Assembly: GCA_035765835.1 (NCBI GenBank)
Contig: DASTWP010000066.1
Location: forward strand, 1-32,247
Reading direction: 5' to 3'
DNA: 32,247 bases
DNA from: Solirubrobacteraceae bacterium
GTDB lineage: Bacteria; Actinomycetota; Thermoleophilia; Solirubrobacterales; Solirubrobacteraceae
The first letter of the stretch is position 1. Each line of letters starts with the position of its first letter. Positions 15,698 to 24,597 of this stretch are shown here, in pieces. The translations under genes and the position numbers were made by a program. Below the pieces are notes generated by a model. The model had not been told where the DNA came from, searched no databases, and worked only from the letters and a program-made list of their open reading frames with translations.

Positions 15698-16510
15698 GTG
15701 GCGCACGACGGCCTCTACGGCCCCGAGACGGTCACCTGGCGCGTCAACCGCGAGGGCGTGCTGCTGCTCGGCGGCGGCCGCGCGCTGCTGATGCAGGTCG
15801 CGCATCCGCTCGTCGCGGCCGGCGTCGAGCAGCACTCCGGCTACGAGCGCGACCCGTGGGGGCGGCTCTACCGGACGCTCGACACCGTCACCAAGATCGT
15901 GTTCGGAACGCGCGCCGAGAGCGAGGGCGCGGCCGCGCGGCTGCGGCGCGCGCACGAGCGCGTCAGCGGCGTCTCGCGCGAGGGCGTCGCGTACGACGCG
16001 CGCGACCCGGACCTGCTGCTGTGGGTGTGGGCGACGCTGGTCGACACCTCGCTGGTCGTCTACGAGCGCTGCGTGGTGGCGCTGTCAGACGCCGAACGCG
16101 AGCGCTACTACCGGGAGCAGTGGCGCTTCGCGCGCGCCTGCGGCGTGCCCGAGGGTCACTGGCCGGCGACGCACGCCGCGTTCGCGGACTACCTCGTGCG
16201 GATGGAGCGCGACGAGCTGGCGGTCGGCGAGGACGCGCAGCGGATCGCGGCGACGGTGGTCGGCCCGCGGGTGGCGCTGCCGCTGCGGCCCGCGTTCGCG
16301 GTCGCCGGCCTCGCGACGGTCGGGCTGCTGCCGCCGGGGCTGCGGGCGCAGTACGGCTACGCGTGGGGGCCCGGGCGCGAGCGCGCGCTTGCCCTGCTGC
16401 TGCGCGGCGCGGGCGGCGTGCGGCCGCTGCTGCCGCCGCCGCTGCGCGAGTTCCCGGCGGCGCGACGCGCCGCGAAAGCAGAAACGCGGCCCTCCGTGGC
16501 CGCGTCCTGA
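15698..16510 (+). CDS. MpaB/rubber-oxygenase family oxygenase (former DUF2236)
   Basis: GTG start. The N-terminus GPETVTWRVNREGVLLLGGGRALLMQVAHPLVAAGVEQHS is characteristic of this family. A later RLRRAHERV segment is also present. Confidence 0.8.
   Translation: MAHDGLYGPETVTWRVNREGVLLLGGGRALLMQVAHPLVAAGVEQHSGYERDPWGRLYRTLDTVTKIVFGTRAESEGAAARLRRAHERVSGVSREGVAYDARDPDLLLWVWATLVDTSLVVYERCVVALSDAERERYYREQWRFARACGVPEGHWPATHAAFADYLVRMERDELAVGEDAQRIAATVVGPRVALPLRPAFAVAGLATVGLLPPGLRAQYGYAWGPGRERALALLLRGAGGVRPLLPPPLREFPAARRAAKAETRPSVAAS
16484..16505 (+). terminator. Candidate stem-loop overlapping the last codons of the oxygenase gene
   Basis: ACGCGGCC-CTCCGT-GGCCGCGT gives an 8-bp GC-rich stem ending 3 nt before the TGA. 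There is no U-tract. Confidence 0.3.
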
Positions 16511-16514
16511 TCCC

Positions 16515-16526
16515 TATCGACCGATA
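16515..16526. promoter_or_regulatory. Candidate TetR operator half-site pair (TATCG-AC-CGATA)
   Basis: A short inverted repeat lies in the GC-poorer 56-nt spacer directly upstream of the TetR gene. It is short enough to occur by chance. Confidence 0.25.
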
Positions 16527-16566
16527 TCCGGCGCAACGTTAGAGGCGGTCACGTAGGCTGACGCCC

Positions 16567-17091
16567 GTGGCTGGGGGCGAGGCGCAGAGCATGCTGGTGC
16601 GGCCGCGGCGGATGGACGCGCGGCGGAACCTGGAGGCGATCGTCGAGGCGGCGCGGCTCGCGCTGGCGAGCGATCCCGACGCCTCGATGCACCACGTCGC
16701 GGAGGTGGCCGGCGTGCATCGCGCGACCGTCTACCGCCACTTCGCCACGCGCGAGGAGCTGCTGGACGCCGTGCGCGCCCGCGCGGCGACCGAGGCGACC
16801 GCCGCGCTGTCGGCGGCGCGCCCGGCCGACGGGCCCGCCCGCGACGCGCTCGAGCGCGTCACGGAGGCCGCCGTCGAGGTGCTCGAGCGCTACCGCCTGC
16901 CGGGCTTCGTGCCCGCCGACGACGGCACCGTCGCGGCGATCCTCGCCCGCGGCGCGCGCGAGGAGGGCCTGCGGCGCGATGTGCCGGCCGAGATCCTCGC
17001 CGCGGCCTGGGGCGGCCTCGTCGCCGCGATGGCCGGCCGCCCCCGCGCCTCCGCGCTCGTGGTGCAGATCCTGCTCGGCCCGCCCCGCTGA
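16567..17091 (+). CDS. TetR/AcrR-family transcriptional regulator
   Basis: The N-terminal HTH reads RRNLEAIVEAARLALASDPDASMHHVAEVAGVHRATVYRHFATREELL. The start is either GTG at 16567 or the in-frame ATG at 16591. Confidence 0.85.
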   Translation: MAGGEAQSMLVRPRRMDARRNLEAIVEAARLALASDPDASMHHVAEVAGVHRATVYRHFATREELLDAVRARAATEATAALSAARPADGPARDALERVTEAAVEVLERYRLPGFVPADDGTVAAILARGAREEGLRRDVPAEILAAAWGGLVAAMAGRPRASALVVQILLGPPR

Positions 17092-17114
17092 TCCGGCTAC
17101 AGCGGCACGGATCG

Positions 17115-17145
17115 CCACTTCCCTCCAGGGGGTGAAGGGAAGTGG
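17115..17145. terminator. Candidate bidirectional stem-loop between convergent genes
   Basis: CCACTTCCCT-(11 nt)-AGGGAAGTGG gives a 10-bp stem centred in the 67-nt spacer between the TetR stop (17091) and the kinase stop (17159). There is no U-tract. Confidence 0.45.
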
Positions 17146-17158
17146 TCGTGGGCGGGGC

Positions 17159-18097
17159 TCAGCCGCGCAGCGCCGCGGGCGCCGCGTCCGCGAACGTCGT
17201 CATCCGCTGGAGCGCGTGCACGCGCTCGCCGATCTCCTCGGCGCGCAGGCGGGCGACGCGCTCGGTGCCGAACTCCTCGACGTTGAACGAGGCGAGCGCG
17301 GTGCCGTAGGCCATCGCGCGCGTGAGCAGGTCGTGGCCTGCGGGCTCGTCGCCGTGCGCGGCGACGTAGCCGACGAAGCCGCCCGCGAACGTGTCGCCGG
17401 CGCCGGTCGGGTCGACCACGGTCTCGAGCGGATAGGCGGGCAGCGCGAAGAAGCCCTCCTCGGTCACGAGCGCAGCGCCGTACTCCCCCTGCTTGGCGAC
17501 GACCGCGCTCGGGCCCATCGCGAGCACCGCACGCGCGGCGCCGAGGATGCTCGGCTGCTCGGTGAGCTGGCGCAGCTCGGCGTCGTTGAGGATCACGCAG
17601 TCGACGCGCTCGATCACGCGGACCAGGTCCTCGCGCGCGATGTCGATCCACAGGTTCATCGAGTCCATCGCGACGAAGCGCGCGCGGGCGCACTGCTCGC
17701 GCACCTGGAGCTGGAGCGCGGGGACGATGTTGGCGAGGAACAGGACCTCGCAGTCGCGCGCGGCCTGCGAGAGGCGGGGCTCGAAGGTCTCGAAGACGCC
17801 GAGCTGCGTGTCGAGCGTCTCGCGGGAGTTGAGGTCCCACCCGTACTCGCCCTTCCAGAAGAAGGTCTTGCCGCCGGCGACGCGCTCGACGTCCTCGGTG
17901 ATCGTGCCGCGGGTGCGCAGGATCTCCATCTCGCGCTCGTCGAAGTCCTCGCCGACCGGACCGGCGACGCGCACCTCGTCGAAGAACGAGGCCGCCAGGG
18001 CGAAGTGCGTCGCGGCGCCGCCCAGCATCCGCTCGCGCTCGCCGAACGGGGTCTTGACGGCGTCGTAGGCGATCGATCCGACGACGGTGACGCTCAT
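17159..18097 (-). CDS. PfkB-family sugar kinase
   Basis: I chose the ATG at 18097 (MSVTVVGSIAYD), which trims the 404-aa ORF to 312 aa. LGGAATHFA, VVAKQGEYG and DPTGAGDTFAGGF are PfkB signatures. Confidence 0.88.
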   Translation of the reverse strand: MSVTVVGSIAYDAVKTPFGERERMLGGAATHFALAASFFDEVRVAGPVGEDFDEREMEILRTRGTITEDVERVAGGKTFFWKGEYGWDLNSRETLDTQLGVFETFEPRLSQAARDCEVLFLANIVPALQLQVREQCARARFVAMDSMNLWIDIAREDLVRVIERVDCVILNDAELRQLTEQPSILGAARAVLAMGPSAVVAKQGEYGAALVTEEGFFALPAYPLETVVDPTGAGDTFAGGFVGYVAAHGDEPAGHDLLTRAMAYGTALASFNVEEFGTERVARLRAEEIGERVHALQRMTTFADAAPAALRG

Positions 18098-18128
18098 AGG
18101 GGGCGCGAGGGTACCCTGCCGCGCGCCG

Positions 18129-19082
18129 ATGCGTGCGATCCAGCAACGCGAGTTCGGCGGGCCCGAGGTGCTCGAGCTCGTCGACATACCGGTCCCCGAG
18201 CCGGGCGAGGGCGAGGTGCTGATCCGCGTCGCGCGCGCCGGGATCAACTTCGCCGACACGCACCAGCGCCGCAACGAGTACCTCGCCGCGCAGGAGCTGC
18301 CGCTCGTGCCCGGCGGCGAGGTCGCCGGCGTGCGCGAGGACACCGGCGAGCGCGTGGTGGCGCTGTGCGGCACCGGCGGCTACGCGGAGTACGCGACGGC
18401 GCCCGCGTCGAGCACGTTCCGGATCGCCGACGGCGTCGACGACGGCACCGCGATCGCGATGCTGATCCAGGGGCTGACCGCCTGGCACCTCTACCGCACG
18501 AGCGCGAAGCTCGCGCCCGGCGAGTCCGTCGTGATCCACGCGGCGGCCGGCGGCGTCGGCTCGCTCGCCGTGCAGCTCGGCCGCGCGATGGGGGCGGGGC
18601 GCGTGATCGCGACCGCCTCGACCGAGCAGAAGCGGGCGCTGGCGCTCGAGCTCGGCGCCGACGTGGCGCTCGACGGCGACGCCGAAGGGCTGCGCGAGCG
18701 CCTGGTCGAGGCCAACCTCGGCGAGGAGGTCGACGTCGTCTTCGAGGCGATCGGGGGAGAGGTCTTCGAGCAGTCGCTCGCGGCGCTCGCGCCGTTCGGC
18801 CGCCTGGTGACCTACGGGATCTCCTCGCGCAAGGGCAACGAGGTGCACACGCGCAAGCTGATGCGCGCCTCGCACGCGATCGTCGGCTTCTGGCTCTTCT
18901 CCTGCCTCGGCCGGCCGGCGATGGTCGACGAGGCGCTCGCGGACCTCTTCGCGCGCGTGCAGCGCGGCGAGCTGCGCGCAGTGCTCGGCGGCACCTATCC
19001 GCTTGCCCAGGCGGCGCAGGCGCAGGTCGACCTGGCCGAGCGGCGCACGACCGGCAAGGTGCTGCTCGACCCCACCGCATAG
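18129..19082 (+). CDS. NADPH:quinone oxidoreductase / zinc-independent MDR-family oxidoreductase
   Basis: MRAIQQREFGGPEVLELVDIPVPEPGEGEVLIRVARAGINFADT is colinear with the E. coli Qor N-terminus. The Rossmann motif is HAAAGGVGSLAVQL. Confidence 0.88.
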   Translation: MRAIQQREFGGPEVLELVDIPVPEPGEGEVLIRVARAGINFADTHQRRNEYLAAQELPLVPGGEVAGVREDTGERVVALCGTGGYAEYATAPASSTFRIADGVDDGTAIAMLIQGLTAWHLYRTSAKLAPGESVVIHAAAGGVGSLAVQLGRAMGAGRVIATASTEQKRALALELGADVALDGDAEGLRERLVEANLGEEVDVVFEAIGGEVFEQSLAALAPFGRLVTYGISSRKGNEVHTRKLMRASHAIVGFWLFSCLGRPAMVDEALADLFARVQRGELRAVLGGTYPLAQAAQAQVDLAERRTTGKVLLDPTA

Positions 19083-19093
19083 TCTCCTACGCG

Positions 19094-20515
19094 ATGACGA
19101 CGTTCGCCGAGCTCGGCCTATCCGAAACGATCCTCGCCGCGGTCCGTGACGTCGGCTACGAGCAGCCCAGCCCGATCCAGGAGCAGGGCATCCCGCCGCT
19201 GCTGGAGGGCCGCGACGTGATCGGCCAGGCACAGACCGGATCGGGCAAGACCGCCGCCTTCGGCCTGCCGATCATCGAGCACGTCGACCCCGAGGACCCC
19301 GACGTCCAGGCGCTCGTGCTGACGCCGACACGCGAGCTCTGCATCCAGGTCACGCAGGCGATCCGCGCCTACGCCGAGCGCAAGGGGGTCGACGTCGTGG
19401 CGGTCTTCGGCGGCGCGCCGATCCGCTCCCAGCAGGCCCAGCTGCGCACCGGCGGCCAGATCGTCGTGGGCACGGTCGGGCGCGTGCTCGACCTGATCCA
19501 GCGCGCGTCGCTGATCCTGCACTCGTGCCGCTTCGTCGTGCTCGACGAGGCCGACGAGATGCTCGACCTCGGCTTCCTCGAGGACGTCGAGCGGATCCTC
19601 TCGCTGACGCCGAACTCGCGCCAGACCGCGCTCTTCAGCGCGACGATGCCGCCGCCGATCCGCGCGCTCGCAGACCGCTACCTCTACGACCCGGTCCACG
19701 TGAAGGTCAAGAGCGACACGCTGACCGTGGACACCGTCGAGCAGTTCTCGCTCGAGGTCAAGCCGGCGGACAAGGCCGACCAGCTCGTCGAGGTGCTGCG
19801 CGCCGAGCGGCCCGAGCAGGCGATCGTCTTCGTGCGCACGAAGATCCGCTGCGACCAGCTGCACAAGAAGCTGCGCGACCGCGGGCTGAACGTGCGCGCG
19901 CTGCACGGCGACATGTCGCAGGGCCAGCGCGACGGCGTGATGCTCGCCTTCAAGGGCGGGCGCGTGCCGATCCTCGTGGCCACCGACGTCGCCGCCCGCG
20001 GCCTCGACATCTCGACCGTCACCCACGTCATCAACTTCGACGTCCCGATCTCCCCGGACGTCTACGTGCACCGCATCGGGCGCACGGGGCGCGTCGGGCG
20101 CAGCGGCCGGGCGATCACGTTCGTCGAGCCGCGCCAGCAGCGTGAGCTCGCGGCGATCGAGAAGCACGTCGGCACCGGGATCGCGCAGTGGTCCGAGGGC
20201 GCGCACGTGGCGCCCGCGCCCGTCCAGGAGCGCCCGCGGCGCCACTCCAAGCCGCACATCGCGCGCAACGGCGACGAGGAGTTCGCGAAGCTGATCGCCT
20301 CCGGCGGCCGCGCCGAGGGCATCGAGGTAGCCGACCTCGTGTACGCCGTCACGAGCGAGGCCGGGCTCGACGGCGAGGCGGTGCGCGACGTGCGCGTGCT
20401 CGAGCGCTTCTCGTTCCTGTCGGTGCCGCGCGAGGACGCCGACCGCGTCGTGAAGGCCGTCGACGGCGCCGAGGTGCGCGGGACGCGCCTGCGGGTCGAG
20501 CTCGCCGCCTCGTAG
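19094..20515 (+). CDS. DEAD-box ATP-dependent RNA helicase with C-terminal DbpA-like RNA-binding domain
   Basis: The motifs are Q (GYEQPSPIQ), I (AQTGSGKT), Ia (PTRELC), II (VLDEADEML), III (SAT) and VI (HRIGRTGRVG). I chose the ATG at 19094 within the 1178-aa ORF. Confidence 0.93.
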   Translation: MTTFAELGLSETILAAVRDVGYEQPSPIQEQGIPPLLEGRDVIGQAQTGSGKTAAFGLPIIEHVDPEDPDVQALVLTPTRELCIQVTQAIRAYAERKGVDVVAVFGGAPIRSQQAQLRTGGQIVVGTVGRVLDLIQRASLILHSCRFVVLDEADEMLDLGFLEDVERILSLTPNSRQTALFSATMPPPIRALADRYLYDPVHVKVKSDTLTVDTVEQFSLEVKPADKADQLVEVLRAERPEQAIVFVRTKIRCDQLHKKLRDRGLNVRALHGDMSQGQRDGVMLAFKGGRVPILVATDVAARGLDISTVTHVINFDVPISPDVYVHRIGRTGRVGRSGRAITFVEPRQQRELAAIEKHVGTGIAQWSEGAHVAPAPVQERPRRHSKPHIARNGDEEFAKLIASGGRAEGIEVADLVYAVTSEAGLDGEAVRDVRVLERFSFLSVPREDADRVVKAVDGAEVRGTRLRVELAAS

Positions 20516-20565
20516 CGCGCGGTAGCAACGCAACCTCTCCTGGACTATCGCGTTAGTTCCGGAGA

Positions 20566-21612
20566 GTGCCTGTGTACCCTGCCCCCGTGACGCTCGCCGA
20601 GGCCGAGACGCGGTTCACGCCGCGCGCCCCCGAGCCGCCTGCGCCCGCCACCGCGCCCGCCCGGACCTGCGAGGCCTGCGGTGCGGGTCTGGCCGCGGGC
20701 CAGGAATGGTGCCTGGAATGCGGCACGGCGGCGCCCGCCGCGGCCGCCGCGCCGCCCGGCCGGCGCGCGTTCGCGACCGTCTCCTCGCTGACCGTGCTGC
20801 TGCTCGCGGGCGCCGCGGTCGCCAGTTACGCGGCCGTGAGCGGCGACGCCGGCCGCCAGGCCGCCGCGCCCCCGCCGCCGCCCGCCAACGCGATCGCGCA
20901 GGCGCCGCCCGCGGTGACGCCGCCGCCTGCGGCGACCACGCCGGCCGCGCCGCCGCCCGCCGCCACGACGCCCACCAAGGCGCTGCCGAAGGTCGCGCCG
21001 CCTGCGACGCCGCAGCCCGCGCCCACGGTCACCGCCAAGCCCGTCACGCCCGTCAAGCCCGTCACGCGCGCGCCGTCGAAGCCGACGACGCATCACCACG
21101 CGGCGCCGCGCACCGGCGCCACCACGGGCCAGCAGGTGACGCTCGACCCGAGCAACGGCACGCTCTACGACCCCTACGGGCGCGCGAGCGCCCAGGGCGA
21201 CCCCACGCGCGCGCTCGACGGCAACCCGTCGACGTCGTGGTTCGTCACCGTCGCCACGCCGGACGAGATGGGCGTCGGCTACGTCGTCGACATCACGAAC
21301 CCGGTCAACGTGCGCTCGCTGATGCTGTGGACGCACACGGAGGGCTTCGAGGTCGAGGTCTACGGCACCGGCTCGACCGTGCTGCCGCCGGACGTCGTCG
21401 ACTCGCGCTGGATCCACCTGGCCACGCGCACGAACGTCGACGCCAGCCAGCCGGGCGTCGCGGCGCCCGACGGCAACGTGGCGGGCGACGGCAAGGAGCG
21501 CATCGTGCTGAACTCCGGCACGAAGCGCTTCCGCCACCTGCTGCTGTGGTTCACCCAGCCGCCGGAGACGGGCCAGACGGTGCGGCTCGGCGAGCTGCAG
21601 CTCTTCACCTAG
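20566..21612 (+). CDS. Zinc-ribbon / single TM / Pro-Ala-Thr linker / discoidin (F5/8 type C)-like domain protein
   Basis: CEACG-x10-CLECG forms a zinc ribbon, and the TM helix is [27 protein letters not shown]-rich linker follows. The C-terminal domain carries [10 protein letters not shown] and a beta-rich segment ending RLGELQLFT. The start is more likely GTG at 20572, with GGAGAG 5 nt upstream, than GTG at 20566. Confidence 0.75.
   Translation: MPVYPAPVTLAEAETRFTPRAPEPPAPATAPARTCEACGAGLAAGQEWCLECGTAAPAAAAAPPGRRAFATVSSLTVLLLAGAAVASYAAVSGDAGRQAAAPPPPPANAIAQAPPAVTPPPAATTPAAPPPAATTPTKALPKVAPPATPQPAPTVTAKPVTPVKPVTRAPSKPTTHHHAAPRTGATTGQQVTLDPSNGTLYDPYGRASAQGDPTRALDGNPSTSWFVTVATPDEMGVGYVVDITNPVNVRSLMLWTHTEGFEVEVYGTGSTVLPPDVVDSRWIHLATRTNVDASQPGVAAPDGNVAGDGKERIVLNSGTKRFRHLLLWFTQPPETGQTVRLGELQLFT
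20860..21100 (+). repeat. Low-complexity coding repeats (PPPAATTP x2, [11 protein letters not shown])
   Basis: Imperfect tandem reiterations are visible in both DNA (AAGCCCGTCACGC twice, around 21038 and 21053) and protein. The stretch encodes the extracytoplasmic linker. Confidence 0.6.
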
Positions 21613-21650
21613 ACGCTCCGCGAACCCACGACACCGAAGGGAGGCCAGCG

Positions 21651-22109
21651 ATGTCCGTGGCCACCATGAAGACGACCGAGGGCGACATCACCTTCGAGCT
21701 GTTCGACGAGGACGCGCCCAAGACGGTCTCGAACTTCAAGCAACTCGCGGGCCAGGGCTTCTACGACGGCCTCATCTTCCACCGCGTGATCGACGGCTTC
21801 ATGATCCAGGGCGGCTGCCCGCAGGGCACCGGCACCGGCGGCCCGGGCTACACGTTCGAGGACGAGATCAACCCGCACAAGATCGTCCGCGGCGCGCTCG
21901 CGATGGCGAACGCCGGCCCGGACACCAACGGCTCGCAGTTCTTCGTCGTCACCGCCGAGGCCGCCCCCTGGCTCGACGGCAAGCACACGGTGTTCGGCCA
22001 GGTCACGGGCGGGATGGACGTCGTCGACCGCATCGGCACCACGAACACCGACTCCCGCGACCGCCCGGTCGAGCCGATCGGCATCGCGACGCTGACGATC
22101 GAGGGCTGA
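21651..22109 (+). CDS. Peptidyl-prolyl cis-trans isomerase, cyclophilin type
   Basis: The ATG is preceded by [41 protein letters not shown] and [11 protein letters not shown] are cyclophilin signatures. Confidence 0.93.
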   Translation: MSVATMKTTEGDITFELFDEDAPKTVSNFKQLAGQGFYDGLIFHRVIDGFMIQGGCPQGTGTGGPGYTFEDEINPHKIVRGALAMANAGPDTNGSQFFVVTAEAAPWLDGKHTVFGQVTGGMDVVDRIGTTNTDSRDRPVEPIGIATLTIEG

Positions 22110-22125
22110 GGCGAGCGCCTACGGC

Positions 22126-22142
22126 GCCGGCGTCGCGCCGGC
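22126..22142 (+). terminator. Candidate short GC hairpin downstream of the cyclophilin gene
   Basis: GCCGGCG-TCG-CGCCGGC gives a 7-bp stem 17 nt after the stop. There is no U-tract. Confidence 0.3.
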
Positions 22143-22217
22143 CACCGGCGCGCGTGCACCTAAGCAGCGTATGCGTGCATAACGTCGCGCGGGCTCGGTG
22201 CGCCCGGCCCGCGGCGC

Positions 22218-22865
22218 TCAGTCCGCACGGCGGGAGGCGAGGCCGACTCCGTCGCCGACGGGCAGGAGCGAGAAGAGCCACTCCTCGGAGGCCATGAGCA
22301 TGCGCGCGGCGGCGCGGCCGGCGACGATCGAGTCGCGGGCCCAGCGGCCCTCGTGCTCGTCGGGGAGCGCGGCCTCGCCGCTCATCAGCAGGTTGTCGAC
22401 GACGAGCAGCGCGCGGGCCGAGAGCTTGCCGTCGAGCGCGCGCAGGTAGTCCTCGACCTCGGTCTTCGTCGCGTCGAGGAAGACGAGGTCGAACGGGCCG
22501 TCGAGCGCGGCGAGCGACTCGAGCGCGTCGCCCTCGTGCAGCTCGATCCGGTCGGAGACCCCGTCGCGCGACCAGAAGGCGCGCGCCGCCGCGATCCGCT
22601 CCGGGTCGCGCTCGAGCGTGTGGATGGTCTGGCCGTGGCCCATCTCGCGCGCCATGTGCACCGTCGAGTAGCCGATCGCCGTGCCGACCTCGATCACGCG
22701 CGCGGGCTTCAGCGCGCGCACGAGGGTCGCCAGCAGGCGCCCGGTCTCCCACTCGACGATCGGGATCCCGTCGCGCTGCGCGAGCGCCTCCATCTCGGTC
22801 AGCAGGTCGTCGCGGCGGGGCCGCAGGTCGTCGAGGTAGTGCTGGACGTGCTCGGAGCGGATCAT
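22218..22865 (-). CDS. Class I SAM-dependent O-methyltransferase (caffeoyl-CoA OMT-like, Methyltransf_3)
   Basis: I chose the ATG at 22865 (MIRSEHVQHYL). The SAM motif is VIEVGTAIGYST, followed by FDLVFLDATK and LLVVDNLL. Confidence 0.85.
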   Translation of the reverse strand: MIRSEHVQHYLDDLRPRRDDLLTEMEALAQRDGIPIVEWETGRLLATLVRALKPARVIEVGTAIGYSTVHMAREMGHGQTIHTLERDPERIAAARAFWSRDGVSDRIELHEGDALESLAALDGPFDLVFLDATKTEVEDYLRALDGKLSARALLVVDNLLMSGEAALPDEHEGRWARDSIVAGRAAARMLMASEEWLFSLLPVGDGVGLASRRAD

Positions 22866-22929
22866 GGTCGCGAACCCTACGCGCAGCGATAGGCTTCGAC
22901 GTGGCGTCAAGCAAGCAGGAGGGGGCCAC

Positions 22930-24495
22930 ATGGCCAGCGTGGAAGAGACCGCCGTCGAGCAGGCAGCCAAGCCGCAGAACGGTCATGCCGCGGCCGCGGC
23001 GGACATCGCGGTCGAGAACCCGGCCACGGGCGAGGTCATCGCCCACGTCCCGGACACGACCGCCGAGCAGGTGCGCGAGATGGCGCGCAAGGGCCGCGCC
23101 GCGCAGCCGGCCTGGGAGGCGCTCGGCTTCGAGGGCCGCGGGCGCGTCCTGCGGCGCATGCAGAAGTGGCTCGTCGACAATGCCGAGGACGTCGCCAACA
23201 CGATCGTCGCCGAGACCGGCAAGGCGTTCGAGGACGCCCAGCTCGCGGAGCTCGGCTACGGCGCGTCGGCGTTCGGCTTCTGGGCCAAGCACGCGCCCAA
23301 GTACCTCGCCGACGAGAAGGTCCACTCCTCGGCGGTGATGGTGAAGGGCAAGAAGCTGATCCTGCGCTACAAGCCGCTCGGCCTGATCGGCGTGATCGGC
23401 CCGTGGAACTACCCGCTGACGAACTCCTTCGGCGACTGCATCCCGGCGCTCGCCGCCGGCAACGCGGTCATCCTCAAGCCGAGCGAGATCACGCCGCTGA
23501 CGAGCCTGAAGATGGCCGCGGGCCTGCGCGAGTGCGGCATCCCCGACGGCGTCTTCCAGGTCGCCACCGGCCGCGGCGAGACCGGCGCCGCGCTCGTCGA
23601 CGAGGTCGACATGATCATGTTCACCGGCTCGACGGCGACCGGCAAGAAGGTCATGCAGAAGGCGGCCGAGACGCTCACGCCCGTGTCGCTCGAGATGGGC
23701 GGCAAGGACCCGATGATCGTGCTCTCCGACGCCGACCTCGAGCGCGCCGCCAACCACGCCGTCTACTACGCGATGTTCAACGGCGGCCAGACATGCATCT
23801 CGGTCGAGCGCGTGTACGTCGAGGCGCCCGTCTACGACGAGTTCGTGAGCAAGGTCGTCGAGAAGACGAAGGGCCTGCGCCAGGGCGTCGGCCACGGGCC
23901 GGGCACGATCGACGTCGGCTCGATGACGTTCCCGCCGCAGGTCGACATCGTCGAGCGCCACGTCGAGGACGCCAAGGCCAAGGGCGCGAAGGTGCTCGTC
24001 GGCGGGCACCGCGGCCACGACGGCGAGGGCGGCTACTGGTTCGAGCCGACGATCCTGACCGACGTCACCCACGACATGGCGTGCATGCGCGAGGAGACGT
24101 TCGGCCCGACGCTGCCGATCATGAAGGTCGAGGACGCCGAGGAGGCGATCCGGCTGGCCAACGACTCGCCCTACGGGCTCGGGGCCTCGGTCTTCTCGAA
24201 GGACGTCTCGCGCGGCGAGGCCGTCGCCCGGCGCGTCGAGGCGGGCGCGGTGTGCGTCAACGACGCGCTCGTCAACTACACCGCGCTCGAGCTGCCGATG
24301 GGCGGCTGGAAGTCCTCGGGCATGGGCTCGCGCCACGGCGCGGGAGGCATCCGCAAGTACACGCAGCAGCAGGCGATCGTGGTGTCCCGCCTGCACCCCA
24401 AGAAGGACATCCACATGTACCCGTACAAGGCGAAGACGACCAAGCGCCTGTGGAAGATGTTCGCCCTCCTGTACGGGCGCGGGAAGCGCGACTAG
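22930..24495 (+). CDS. NAD(P)-dependent aldehyde dehydrogenase family protein
   Basis: The ATG at 22930 is preceded by AGGAGG. Signatures are GPWNYP, the catalytic Glu in LEMGGKDP, the catalytic Cys in FNGGQTCISVERVYV, and EETFGP. Confidence 0.92.
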   Translation: MASVEETAVEQAAKPQNGHAAAAADIAVENPATGEVIAHVPDTTAEQVREMARKGRAAQPAWEALGFEGRGRVLRRMQKWLVDNAEDVANTIVAETGKAFEDAQLAELGYGASAFGFWAKHAPKYLADEKVHSSAVMVKGKKLILRYKPLGLIGVIGPWNYPLTNSFGDCIPALAAGNAVILKPSEITPLTSLKMAAGLRECGIPDGVFQVATGRGETGAALVDEVDMIMFTGSTATGKKVMQKAAETLTPVSLEMGGKDPMIVLSDADLERAANHAVYYAMFNGGQTCISVERVYVEAPVYDEFVSKVVEKTKGLRQGVGHGPGTIDVGSMTFPPQVDIVERHVEDAKAKGAKVLVGGHRGHDGEGGYWFEPTILTDVTHDMACMREETFGPTLPIMKVEDAEEAIRLANDSPYGLGASVFSKDVSRGEAVARRVEAGAVCVNDALVNYTALELPMGGWKSSGMGSRHGAGGIRKYTQQQAIVVSRLHPKKDIHMYPYKAKTTKRLWKMFALLYGRGKRD

Positions 24496-24510
24496 CGATG
24501 CAGATCGCAT

Positions 24511-24555
24511 GGGGGCCCCGCCTCCGGGGCCCACGTGGGCCCCTCCGGCACCCCC
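24511..24555 (-). repeat. Intergenic palindrome-centred repeat element, copy E (reverse orientation)
   Basis: GGGGGCCCCGCCTCCGGGGCCCACGTGGGCCCCTCCGGCACCCCC matches the reverse complement of copy A at 39/45 positions. All 6 differences are paired within the palindrome. Confidence 0.7.
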
Positions 24556-24597
24556 AAACGGGCCTATCCTGGGTCGCATGATCCAGGGCAGGCCCGC

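Noticed and set aside
16979-19093. N-terminal roughly 700 aa of the 1178-aa ORF that ends as the DEAD-box helicase
   Set aside because: The helicase begins with its Q-motif region at ATG 19094. The upstream extension runs through the TetR 3' end, the antisense of the PfkB kinase and an alternative frame of the oxidoreductase.
20860-21100. Tandem-looking DNA repeats as a possible CRISPR array or VNTR
   Set aside because: The repeats are short, imperfect and in frame. They encode a Pro/Ala/Thr linker inside a well-supported ORF, and there is no repeat-spacer periodicity.
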